From sequence record SRR20825006_727: 64,000 nucleotides of DNA; one strand, written 5' to 3'. The position numbers and the translations under genes are program-made. The notes under the pieces are model-generated. The model was not told the DNA's origin. It ran no database searches and was given only the letters and a program-made list of their open reading frames with translations. This document shows positions 40,894-50,224 of the stretch, in pieces (the stretch's first letter is position 1; each line of letters begins with the position of its first letter).

Positions 40894-41691
40894 ATGAAAA
40901 AGTTTCTAAAGCGATCAATTGTTGCAGTTTCATCATTATATATTTTGCTCTGCATATTGATGTTTTTCTTCCAAGAGCGGGTCATTTTCGTTCCAACCAA
41001 GTTAGAGAAAACCCATCAATTTCACTTTGATCAAAAATTTGAAGAGCGTAATATAAAAGCCAGCGATGGAATTAATCTGAATGGCGTTCTATTTAAGTCC
41101 GAAAATTCACGTGGGCTGATCTTTATGATGCACGGAAATGGCGGTTCACTTGAATCCATCGGAGGGGTTGCGGAAACGTTCACCCAATTCAACTATGACG
41201 TTTTCATTCTCGACTATCGTGGATATGGCAAGAGTGAAGGTGAAATATCCAATAGAGATCAACTTTTTGATGATATCCAAAGAGCATATAACGAGATGAA
41301 AAAAGAATACTCCGAAAGCGAAATCATTGTTTTGGGTTATTCAATTGGCACAGGATTGGCGGCTAAAATCGCCTCTACCAATGACCCGAAACTCGTAATT
41401 CTGGAGGCACCGTATTACAATCTCACAGATTTAATGAGAAATAGGTACCCGATTCTGCCCACATTCATTTTAAAGTATAAATTTGAAACAAACGAGTACT
41501 TGAAAAAATGTCAAATGCCCATCGTGATCTTTCATGGAACAGAAGATAAATCGATCTACTACGGTTCATCTGTGAAGTTGAAAAAAGAGCTGAAAGACAA
41601 AGTTGAACTGATTCCGTTGTCTGGACTCGGACACACAGGATTCAGTAAGAACGAAACATATTTAACCGAGCTAGAACGTATTTTGCATTAG
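40894..41691 (+). CDS. Alpha/beta-hydrolase with N-terminal membrane anchor
   Basis: HGNGGS, DYRGYG, GYSIG, HGTED, GH. Confidence 0.9.
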   Translation: MKKFLKRSIVAVSSLYILLCILMFFFQERVIFVPTKLEKTHQFHFDQKFEERNIKASDGINLNGVLFKSENSRGLIFMMHGNGGSLESIGGVAETFTQFNYDVFILDYRGYGKSEGEISNRDQLFDDIQRAYNEMKKEYSESEIIVLGYSIGTGLAAKIASTNDPKLVILEAPYYNLTDLMRNRYPILPTFILKYKFETNEYLKKCQMPIVIFHGTEDKSIYYGSSVKLKKELKDKVELIPLSGLGHTGFSKNETYLTELERILH

Positions 41692-41743
41692 GGAACAATA
41701 CTACAACACTGACTTTGAAAAAATAATTAATCATCAATCTTCC

Positions 41744-42640
41744 ATGAAACCATTCCTAATCAGTCCAAACCAAAAGAAAGAATTTGAAAATACAGGATTT
41801 CTCGTATTGAAAAATGCGATTCCCACGGAATTGTTGACCAAATGGCAGCGCTTATTGGATGAATTCAATGAATCGGCAATTGATTCGTATCGAAAGTCTT
41901 CGACTCCTCAAAACACTTGCTTTATTGAAAATAATGGTAATCCTTTACTGAGTAGAATAAATGATCTCTTGGCGATTTATCCAGATGCATTGCTGGAACT
42001 AATGGCGAGTCCAGCGGTTATGGCTGTCGCAAGGGATTTATGTGGTCCAAACGCAATTCCACTCCAATGTGATGCGGTTTTCAAACACAATCATCCTACT
42101 TCGGCGGTTTTATGGCACCAAGATGTGGTTCATTCGCGCGCCTTTCCATATATAAACATTGGAATTTACCTTGATGATTCCGATGTAAACGATGGATGTC
42201 TCACATGCGTTACCGGCAGTCAACACGAGCAGGTAGAAATTTGTTCTTTAGTTAAAAAACACGGCTGGAATATTCCAAATACCGCCGATATTCCAGTTAA
42301 AGCAGGAGATATTATCATCCACGACATGATGATTCTTCACGGTTCTCAGATTAAGCAAAATGACAACATCAGAAGAACGATTTACATTGAAATGAGACCT
42401 TCAACCGCGGTGATTGATGAAAAAATTCATAGTAAGGAATGGATTGAATTGAGAAAACGTTGGATGGGAATTATTGCGCGTAAATCAGACGAAACATGGC
42501 CAGAAGAATCCCACGGTGAATTGCCAAAGTACTTGAAGAGCGATCAAGAGGAAGTTCGTGAGATTTTTAGCATTCGAGAATCACCACAACCCTCCAATTG
42601 CTGTTTTGAAACGATTGATTTACCTGGATATCCGTGTTGA
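41744..42640 (+). CDS. Phytanoyl-CoA dioxygenase family Fe(II)/2OG enzyme
   Basis: WHQD, GCL...GS, AGDIIIHD..LHGS..N...RR. Confidence 0.88.
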   Translation: MKPFLISPNQKKEFENTGFLVLKNAIPTELLTKWQRLLDEFNESAIDSYRKSSTPQNTCFIENNGNPLLSRINDLLAIYPDALLELMASPAVMAVARDLCGPNAIPLQCDAVFKHNHPTSAVLWHQDVVHSRAFPYINIGIYLDDSDVNDGCLTCVTGSQHEQVEICSLVKKHGWNIPNTADIPVKAGDIIIHDMMILHGSQIKQNDNIRRTIYIEMRPSTAVIDEKIHSKEWIELRKRWMGIIARKSDETWPEESHGELPKYLKSDQEEVREIFSIRESPQPSNCCFETIDLPGYPC

Positions 42641-42740
42641 AATAGTTGGATCAAACAATAATTGCTTGTAAAAAGTGGAGAACTCAGGTTAATAGTTCCA
42701 CGATCCTCTTTCAACAAAATTTATTTCCTAGGTTTGCAGC

Positions 42741-43730
42741 ATGGCAATTTCCTTAGTTACCGGTGGAGCTGGTTTTATTGGATCACATTTAGCAAACTAC
42801 CTCATAAAACGAGGCGATCAAGTCGTTGTGTTAGATGATCTTTCTGGAGGATTTCTAGAGAACATTCCCAAAAATGCCATTTTTCGTGAAGGGTCAATCA
42901 CCGATCATGAATTTGTTGACGCGGTTTTTGATGAGTTTAATTTTGATTTTGTCTACCATCTTGCGGCATACGCTGCGGAAGGACTGAGTCATTTTATTCG
43001 ACGATTCAACTATACAAATAACCTCATCGGAAGTGTCAATTTGATCAACGCTTCCATTCGCAGTGAAGTGAAATGCTTTGTTTTTACTTCTTCGATTGCT
43101 GTTTATGGCGAAAATGCATTACCGCATACGGAAAATCAAACTCCCTTGCCGCAAGATCCTTATGGAATTGCAAAATATGCTGTTGAACTCGATCTAAAAA
43201 ATGCGCATCAGTTGTTTGGTTTGAACTCCATCGTATTTCGTCCGCATAACGTGTATGGTACCAACCAGAATATTGGCGATAAATACCGAAATGTTGTGGG
43301 GATTTTCATGAATCAATGCCTTAAAAACGAACCTATGACGATTTTCGGAAACGGAAATCAATCCCGCGCATTTACGTATGTTGAAGACATTATTCCAGCA
43401 CTTGCGAATTCCGTTTTAGAAGAAAGGAACTTTAATCAAACGTTTAATCTTGGCTCAGAAGAGGTTACTTCGGTAGCTCTACTCGCAAAACTAGTTTCAA
43501 AAACATTAAACTCCAACTCAGAAATTCGTTTTTTGGAAAGTCGAGAAGAAGTTTTACACGCTTATTCAGATCATTCGAAGTTGGAGAGTCACTTTGGTGC
43601 GCTACGGAATACTTCACTTCCAGATGGACTTCAAAAAATGGCCGATTGGGTAAAACATCATGGCGCGAGGGAAAGCACTACTTTTGACCACATAGAAATT
43701 ACTAAAAAACTCCCCGATTCATGGCAGTAA
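42741..43730 (+). CDS. NAD-dependent epimerase/dehydratase
   Basis: TGGAGFIG, TSS, YGIAK. Confidence 0.92.
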   Translation: MAISLVTGGAGFIGSHLANYLIKRGDQVVVLDDLSGGFLENIPKNAIFREGSITDHEFVDAVFDEFNFDFVYHLAAYAAEGLSHFIRRFNYTNNLIGSVNLINASIRSEVKCFVFTSSIAVYGENALPHTENQTPLPQDPYGIAKYAVELDLKNAHQLFGLNSIVFRPHNVYGTNQNIGDKYRNVVGIFMNQCLKNEPMTIFGNGNQSRAFTYVEDIIPALANSVLEERNFNQTFNLGSEEVTSVALLAKLVSKTLNSNSEIRFLESREEVLHAYSDHSKLESHFGALRNTSLPDGLQKMADWVKHHGARESTTFDHIEITKKLPDSWQ

Positions 43731-44743
43731 ATGATCAACAACCCTTGGTTTCAATCGTTATGGCGATTAAAGACACAGCGATTTACTTACCTGAATGTTT
43801 AGACTCTATTATCGCACAAACTTATCAAAACTGGGAATTGATTGCGGTGAATGATCACTCAAGTGATGAAACCCCCGAAATTCTGGAAGAATACTCAAAA
43901 AAAGATGCCCGAATTCGCGTTTTTCACAGCGATGCTCCAAAACTAATTCCAACCTTGCAATATGGTTATCGCTACGTGAAAGGTGAACTCATTAATCGCA
44001 TGGATTCCGACGACAGAATGCCTGATTACAAACTCCAAGTGCTCGTTGATGAATGGATGAAATTTGGAAAAGGAACCGTTATCGCAGGCGGAACAGAGCA
44101 TTTTGTGGATGAAGGTGAAGTTGGAGAAGGCTTTTTAAACTATGAGCGCTGGCTAAATCAGGTCGCTAAAAATGGAACACATTATCAGGAAATTTACCGT
44201 GAATGTGTGATTCCTTCTCATTGTTGGATCATTCACAAAGACGATTTCGATGCCGTGGATGCCTTTAATCCCCTGGTTTATCCTGAAGATTACGATCTAT
44301 GTTTTCGATTTTACCGTAAGAAGCTAAACGTGGTTGGAATTGATAAAATTCTGCACCATTGGAGAGATCGATCTAATCGAATTTCTCGCACGTGGGATGA
44401 ATACAAAGACAATCGCTATTTTGATATGAAGCTGCGCTTTTTCTATGAATTAGATCGTGACTTAAATCGACCGTTGGTTATTTGGGGAGCTGGGAGAAAT
44501 GGAAAAGACATGGCACGTTTGATTCAAGCTAAAAATGACGTTTTTCATTGGGTGTGCGATAACGCCAATAAAATCGGGAAAGACATTTACGATGTAAGAA
44601 TGAAACACTTTTCGGCTATTTTGGAACTCGAAAATCCACAAATTATGATTGTTGTTTCTTCGCCAGACGGAAAGGCAGAAATTCAGGCGTTGCTTGATGA
44701 ATGGAACCTAAAACCTGTGAAAGATTATTGGTTTTTTGCCTAG
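43721..44743 (+). CDS. Glycosyltransferase family 2
   Basis: VSIVM, VNDHSSD, RMDSDD, EDYD. Confidence 0.92.
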   Translation: MAVNDQQPLVSIVMAIKDTAIYLPECLDSIIAQTYQNWELIAVNDHSSDETPEILEEYSKKDARIRVFHSDAPKLIPTLQYGYRYVKGELINRMDSDDRMPDYKLQVLVDEWMKFGKGTVIAGGTEHFVDEGEVGEGFLNYERWLNQVAKNGTHYQEIYRECVIPSHCWIIHKDDFDAVDAFNPLVYPEDYDLCFRFYRKKLNVVGIDKILHHWRDRSNRISRTWDEYKDNRYFDMKLRFFYELDRDLNRPLVIWGAGRNGKDMARLIQAKNDVFHWVCDNANKIGKDIYDVRMKHFSAILELENPQIMIVVSSPDGKAEIQALLDEWNLKPVKDYWFFA

Positions 44744-44744
44744 A

Positions 44745-45068
44745 ATGGAACTCACGGAGATTTTACGACCAATTATTCATTATGGTTTGCATTTTATTGC
44801 TCCGTTGGGGATCGCGTTCTGGTTTTATCGCGATCGATGGAAAAGCGCATATCTTCTACTCGTTGCTACCATGGTCATTGACCTCGACCATCTTCTAGCA
44901 AGTCCTATTTTCGATCCAAACAGATGCAGCATCGGATTTCATCCACTCCATTCGTATGTCGCGATCGGAATCTATCTTCTGCTCTTATTCTTTCCAAAAA
45001 CGAGAATAATCGGAATTGGACTTGTGCTGCACATTCTTGCAGACGCTCTAGATTGCTGCTGGATCTGA
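44745..45068 (+). CDS. DUF6122-like membrane protein
   Basis: HYGLHF, TMVIDLDHLLA.PIFDPNRCSIGFHPLHS. Confidence 0.8.
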   Translation: MELTEILRPIIHYGLHFIAPLGIAFWFYRDRWKSAYLLLVATMVIDLDHLLASPIFDPNRCSIGFHPLHSYVAIGIYLLLLFFPKTRIIGIGLVLHILADALDCCWI

Positions 45069-45185
45069 GAAAAATCAATCCTTCTTCATTTTAACTCAAA
45101 ATATAATACCTACTGATTACCAGTAAATTAAAGTTGTCCAAATGAGGATTTTTATCTACCTTGTTAATACTACGAAAGAAGTATT

Positions 45186-45677
45186 ATGAAGCTGATTTGG
45201 ATGACCCTAAGCATACATCTCTGCCTGTCTTTTTCTTTGTCTGCACAGGTAAGTACCGATGCACATTCTCCCAAGGAACTGGGAAAGATGGTTTTCTCTG
45301 CGCTTCAGAATTACGAGCTTTCTCTTTATCAAGAACTGATTGCGCTCGAAACCGATTGTGATGTCATCGTTCACAATCTATCCAACGAAGTAAAGGACCT
45401 AAAGCGCGCTGACTTAGTTGAAAATGCACAATTCTGTGAAGCAATTTCCTTGAAAATATTTTCGGATGCCGTCAATCACATCTATACCCATCAAATAGAC
45501 CTTCTTCAAACATCGATTATTGAAATCAAGTACGAAGTCAAAACGGACAGAGGTATCGAATCCACGGATATATTCATGAATTTACGTTACATGGACAAAG
45601 TATTCACTTTAGTAATTCATGACTGCGTTAAAGCAGATCGTTGGGTAATTGTCGGCGGAATTGAAATCATTTTCTAG
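45186..45677 (+). CDS. Hypothetical exported protein
   Basis: Signal peptide ending LSAQ. Confidence 0.7.
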   Translation: MKLIWMTLSIHLCLSFSLSAQVSTDAHSPKELGKMVFSALQNYELSLYQELIALETDCDVIVHNLSNEVKDLKRADLVENAQFCEAISLKIFSDAVNHIYTHQIDLLQTSIIEIKYEVKTDRGIESTDIFMNLRYMDKVFTLVIHDCVKADRWVIVGGIEIIF

Positions 45678-45683
45678 TATTAC

Positions 45684-45706
45684 CGGACTTCGAGAGCCTC
45701 AGTCCG
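45684..45706. repeat. REP-like short hairpin
   Basis: CGGACT-tcgagagcctc-AGTCCG; core CTTCGAGAGCCTCAG resembles CTTCGACGGGCTCAG at 1559. Confidence 0.45.
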
Positions 45707-45744
45707 CTAGTGTCTTCCGAGAATAAAGAGACTTCAGCAGGTTA

Positions 45745-45893
45745 AAAAACATTAATTACTTCAGTTAATTGAACGAATTAACGTTAATTGCTTAAGTAAG
45801 ATCAACTAATTTACGTTAATTGCTTCAGTCAAATCAATTAATTTACGCTAATTATTTCATTACATTCAATGATTTTACGTAAATTACTTCAAT
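45745..45893. repeat. Tandem array of 32-bp degenerate repeats (about 4.5 units)
   Basis: Units start at 45752, 45784, 45816, 45848, 45880; consensus TTAATTRCTTCA-N12-AATTWACG. Confidence 0.9.
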
Positions 45894-45905
45894 TAAAAAT
45901 TGATT

Positions 45906-47048
45906 ATGGAGTTCATCCAGCGAAAAATATTCGAAGAATTTACGAAGAAAGTAAGAGCAAATAAGGTCTTGATTCTATTGGGAGCTAGGCGTGTTGGCAA
46001 GACAGCACTCATTAAAAAGTATTTGACTACTCAAAATGAGAGTGACTATCTGTTGTTGAATGGAGAAGATTTATCTACTCATGATATGCTGGTAGAACGC
46101 ACGGTTAAGAATTATACTCGATTGATTGGTAAGCAAACCCTTCTTGTAATCGATGAAGCTCAGAAAATTCCAGACATCGGATTGAAATTAAAACTCATGA
46201 TTGATTCGATTGAGGGATTAAGAATTATAGCAACTGGCTCTTCCGTTTTTGATCTTGCCAATAAATTAGGAGAACCATTGTTAGGAAGATCAAACACTAT
46301 TCAATTATTTACACTCGGGCAAATCGAACTAAACAACGTAGAGAGGTATAAGGAAACCAGGGAAAAATTAGAGGAAAGGTTAATATTTGGGGGCTATCCT
46401 GAACTAGAGCAACTTGATGAGTGGGAAGAAAAGGTCAATTATCTCGACAATCTTGTAGGATCGAACCTGATTCGAGATATTCTAGAATTTGAAGGTGTGA
46501 AAAAAGCGGATAAAATAATGGATCTTCTGAAATTACTGGCTTTTCAAATCGGGCAAGAGGTAAACATTGATGAGCTGGCTAAAAACCTTAAAAACATCAG
46601 CAGAAATACTGTTGAACGATATCTCGACTTATTGGAAAAAGTCTTCATCATATATAAAGTAAGAGGATTCAGTAGGAACCTGCGAAAGGAAATCACAAAA
46701 TCAAACAGGTGGTACTTTTATGATAACGGTGTTCGAAATGCGATAATCCGAAATTTCGGACGGATCGATCTACGCATAGATATTGGAATGTTATGGGAAA
46801 ATTATTTAATGGCAGAACGAATAAAATACAATCATTACACCAGAAGAACCATTAATTACTATTTCTGGAGAACCTATGATCAACAAGAAATAGATTTAAT
46901 TGAAGAGGAAAATGGAAAATTGTCTGCATTTGAGTTTAAGTGGAGCGAAAAGAAAAAAGTGAGGGTTCCTGGTGGCTGGAAAAACGCCTATCCAGAAGCT
47001 TCATTTGAGGTTATTACACCATCCAATTATCTAGATTTCATTTCTTGA
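45906..47048 (+). CDS. AAA+ ATPase (AAA_14-like) with DUF4143 and C-terminal PD-(D/E)xK-like domain
   Basis: GARRVGKT Walker A, VIDEAQ Walker B, ATGSS, GGYP, YFYDNG, WENY, QEIDLI..AFEFK. Confidence 0.9.
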   Translation: MEFIQRKIFEEFTKKVRANKVLILLGARRVGKTALIKKYLTTQNESDYLLLNGEDLSTHDMLVERTVKNYTRLIGKQTLLVIDEAQKIPDIGLKLKLMIDSIEGLRIIATGSSVFDLANKLGEPLLGRSNTIQLFTLGQIELNNVERYKETREKLEERLIFGGYPELEQLDEWEEKVNYLDNLVGSNLIRDILEFEGVKKADKIMDLLKLLAFQIGQEVNIDELAKNLKNISRNTVERYLDLLEKVFIIYKVRGFSRNLRKEITKSNRWYFYDNGVRNAIIRNFGRIDLRIDIGMLWENYLMAERIKYNHYTRRTINYYFWRTYDQQEIDLIEEENGKLSAFEFKWSEKKKVRVPGGWKNAYPEASFEVITPSNYLDFIS

Positions 47049-47093
47049 AGCGAAATCAAACTTCTTAACTAAATACGAACCTGAAAAATAGCT

Positions 47094-47444
47094 ATGAATA
47101 AAACCACCTTTTTGATGATACTATTCATCCCGTCTCTACTTGGCTGTACATACAGAAACTATGCTCCATATAAAAAAGAAAAGGGAGAATTGTGCATTTA
47201 TGGCACTGCTATTGACGCAAAAGCTGGAGCGATTGTTTCCACTTCTCAACTCGGAATATTTTACATCGAAGGAAAAAAAAGCTGGGATGAAAAAATTGTA
47301 GGAAAAGAAATTATCGTTTTAGGAAGGTTAATTACTGTTGATCATGGTTTAGAAAAAGCAGATTTTCAAAACATATCTGGTCTTCAAAAAATTGTGATCA
47401 AGGCAAAATGGAAACTAGCTGATGATGATTCATGGAAAATTTAA
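47094..47444 (+). CDS. Hypothetical lipoprotein
   Basis: LLGC lipobox; GTAIDAKAGAIV. Confidence 0.7.
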   Translation: MNKTTFLMILFIPSLLGCTYRNYAPYKKEKGELCIYGTAIDAKAGAIVSTSQLGIFYIEGKKSWDEKIVGKEIIVLGRLITVDHGLEKADFQNISGLQKIVIKAKWKLADDDSWKI

Positions 47445-47450
47445 AAGAGC

Positions 47451-47536
47451 AAAAAACATTAATTGCTTCAGTCAACTGAACGAATTAACATTAATTGCTT
47501 CAATTGGATCAATCAATTAACGTTAATTACTTCAAT
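47451..47536. repeat. Second array of the same 32-bp repeat (about 2.5 units)
   Basis: Units start at 47459, 47491, 47523; same orientation as the 45745 array. Confidence 0.9.
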
Positions 47537-47564
47537 GATTGGCATTGCTACGCATTATTAGAAA

Positions 47565-48629
47565 CTACACCAAACTCGTTGCTTGATTTCGTAAAAACAT
47601 ATCCAACACAACAATCGCTGCCATAGCTTCAACAATAGGCACAGCTCTCGGAACAACGCACGGATCGTGACGTCCTTTTCCCATCACTTTTACTAACTCG
47701 CCCTGGTTATTGATCGAATCTTGTTCTTGAATTAATGTGGCAACTGGTTTGAACGCTACTCGAAGATCAATCGGCATTCCGTTACTTATTCCTCCTTGAA
47801 TTCCTCCCGAAAAATTAGTAACCGTTGAACCATCTGGGTTGAAAATATCATTGTGCTCTGAGCCACGCATTTCTATGCACGAAAAACCGCTTCCGAATTC
47901 AACGCCCTTGACCGCATTTATAGAAAACATCGCCTTTCCAAGTTCTGCGTGCAATTTATCAAAAACTGGTTCACCCAACCCTGGTGGTACGTGATTGATT
48001 TCGCAACGAATGCTTCCGCCAATTGTATCGCCCTCCTTTTTAATCTGCTTAATCAATTTCTCCATTCGTCGAGCATCTTTCCTATTTGCGCAGCGCACAG
48101 GATTTTGATCAATTTCGTTGTGATCAACAGCTCCTTCCAACTTAATCGCACCAACTTGGTCCACATACGCTACAATATCGATTCCCTGCGTTCCAAGAAT
48201 TTGCTTGGCAATGGCACCAGCAACAATTCTACTAGCCGTTTCCCGTGCAGATGATCTTCCACCACCGCGGTAGTCTCTCGCTCCATACTTTTTATCGTAC
48301 GTGAAATCTGCGTGAGATGGGCGATAAACGTCTTTTATGTGATCGTAATCTTTTGATTTTTGGTCTTCATTCGGAATAATGAATCCTATTGGAGTTCCCG
48401 TTGTCTTCCCTTCGAAAATACCCGAAAGAATTTGTACCGAATCCGACTCTTTTCGCTGTGTAACGATATCCGACTGTCCGGGTTTTCTTCGATCCAGCTC
48501 TGCTTGAATTTCATCTAAATCGATAGGCATATTCGCTGGTACGCCATCAATTACGCCGCCAAGTGCGACTCCATGCGATTCCCCAAAAGTGGTTAAGCGA
48601 AATATTTCTCCAAATGTTGATCCAGCCAT
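47565..48629 (-). CDS. aroC: Chorismate synthase
   Basis: [29 protein letters not shown]. Confidence 0.98.
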   Translation of the reverse strand: MAGSTFGEIFRLTTFGESHGVALGGVIDGVPANMPIDLDEIQAELDRRKPGQSDIVTQRKESDSVQILSGIFEGKTTGTPIGFIIPNEDQKSKDYDHIKDVYRPSHADFTYDKKYGARDYRGGGRSSARETASRIVAGAIAKQILGTQGIDIVAYVDQVGAIKLEGAVDHNEIDQNPVRCANRKDARRMEKLIKQIKKEGDTIGGSIRCEINHVPPGLGEPVFDKLHAELGKAMFSINAVKGVEFGSGFSCIEMRGSEHNDIFNPDGSTVTNFSGGIQGGISNGMPIDLRVAFKPVATLIQEQDSINNQGELVKVMGKGRHDPCVVPRAVPIVEAMAAIVVLDMFLRNQATSLV

Positions 48630-48658
48630 GTTACAAATATAGAAGGGATTTTGTTACT

Positions 48659-50161
48659 CTATGAGATCTCGCAATATTGCGCATAAATATCCGAAAAGCA
48701 AACTACTTTTCCGTTGATCTGTTTGAAAATGAATTGTCGATTTAAGTCGGACAAATTATGACAACCCGCAGCCGAAAATAAAGCAAGAAAATCTTTAATC
48801 GCCTCGTTTTGATAATTGCGTACACGTTGCCATTTTTCCTCCACAACCAATCCCCTCATTTTGGAAGGGTTATTTGTCGCTACTCCTGCGGGACACGTAT
48901 TTTTATGACATTCTAGCGCCTGAATGCACCCAAGAGACAACATCATTCCACGAGCGGAGTTACATACATCAGCTCCAAGGCATAACGCTTTAAAGATATC
49001 AAAACCAGTAATTATCTTCCCTGAAGTAACAATTCGAATGTCCTTTTTCAGATTATACCTTTCTAAAGTATCCACCACAAATACGAGCGCATTCTCCCAA
49101 GGCATTCCAACGTGATCAGAAAAGACAATTGGTGCGGCTCCAGTTCCACCTTCTGCTCCATCTACTGTAATAAAATCTGGTTTTCGACCTGTTTTAACCA
49201 TCGCTTTACAAATCTCTTCAAACTCAATCGTATCTCCAATACAGAGTTTAAATCCAACTGGTTTTCCATCCGCTAATTCACGCATTTCATCGAGCAATTC
49301 TAATAAACCTTCTGCATTGCTAAACGCTTTATGTCCAGGAGGAGAATCGACTTCGGTATGGGGTTTTACACCTCGAATTTTAGCAATTTCTTCATTGTTT
49401 TTAGAAGCTGGTAGAATCCCTCCGTGCCCAGGTTTTGCTCCCTGAGACAATTTAAGTTCGATCATTTTTACGGTAGGAATAGCCGCAGTGACTTTAAATT
49501 TTTCCCTATCAAAATTTCCATCTTCAGCGCGACAACCAAAATAGCCCGTCCCAACCTGATAAACGACATCTCCGCCCATTTGATGATACGGTGAAACACT
49601 TCCTTCCCCTGAGTTATGATAAAACCCTCCAGCCTGTGCTCCTTTGTTCAACGCCATGATGGCATTCTTACTCAACGATCCAAAACTCATCGCTGAGATG
49701 TTTAATAAACTTGAATCATACGGCTGCGTGCATTTCTCGCCTCCAAATCGAACTCTTGGTGCTTCTTCGAGGTGTTTTGACGGATAAATGGAATGCTTCG
49801 CCCATTCGATTCCTTCTTTTTGTAAATCGTGTTCTGTTCCAAAAGGATGATTTGAATTTTCTCCTTTTGCCCGTGAGTAGATGTATGCTCGCTGGTTTCT
49901 ATTCAATGGCTTTCCTTCCAGATCAGATTCTACGAAGTATTGCCTAATTTCTGGACCAATTCCCTCCAGAATGTATCGCAGGTGACCAACTACTGGAAAG
50001 TTTCTTAAAATCGTATGCTTTTTTTGCGTGAGATCGTGAATTCCGACCACTACCAGAACTCCCAAGAGCACGAAAACCATTGGTTTTGGGAAAATCATCA
50101 AAAGAACAGCCACCAGAATAAGTGTGACAACCGCTGTGATAAAAACTACTACTTGTCTCAT
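48659..50161 (-). CDS. FMN-binding glutamate synthase family protein (stand-alone, membrane-anchored)
   Basis: SAMSFGSLS, KLSQGAKPGHGG, DGAEGGTGAAP, CIQALECHKNTCPAG. Confidence 0.9.
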   Translation of the reverse strand: MRQVVVFITAVVTLILVAVLLMIFPKPMVFVLLGVLVVVGIHDLTQKKHTILRNFPVVGHLRYILEGIGPEIRQYFVESDLEGKPLNRNQRAYIYSRAKGENSNHPFGTEHDLQKEGIEWAKHSIYPSKHLEEAPRVRFGGEKCTQPYDSSLLNISAMSFGSLSKNAIMALNKGAQAGGFYHNSGEGSVSPYHQMGGDVVYQVGTGYFGCRAEDGNFDREKFKVTAAIPTVKMIELKLSQGAKPGHGGILPASKNNEEIAKIRGVKPHTEVDSPPGHKAFSNAEGLLELLDEMRELADGKPVGFKLCIGDTIEFEEICKAMVKTGRKPDFITVDGAEGGTGAAPIVFSDHVGMPWENALVFVVDTLERYNLKKDIRIVTSGKIITGFDIFKALCLGADVCNSARGMMLSLGCIQALECHKNTCPAGVATNNPSKMRGLVVEEKWQRVRNYQNEAIKDFLALFSAAGCHNLSDLNRQFIFKQINGKVVCFSDIYAQYCEIS

Positions 50162-50172
50162 ACGCTAAAAAT

Positions 50173-50204
50173 AAAAAGGGCCATACGCGAAACGTACAGC
50201 CCTT
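50173..50204 (-). terminator. Probable intrinsic terminator after the phosphohexomutase gene
   Basis: AAAAAGGGC...GCCCTT imperfect hairpin with U-tract on the - strand. Confidence 0.5.
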
Positions 50205-50224
50205 GAAGTTATTTTAATCCACTT

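Noticed and set aside
32640-45680. Integron/attC cassette array
   Set aside because: No integrase and no recurring RYYYAAC...GTTRRRY hairpins between genes
45745-47536. CRISPR array interpretation of the 32-bp repeats
   Set aside because: Variable segments are only 12 nt and resemble each other, the repeats are degenerate, and there are no cas genes in the window
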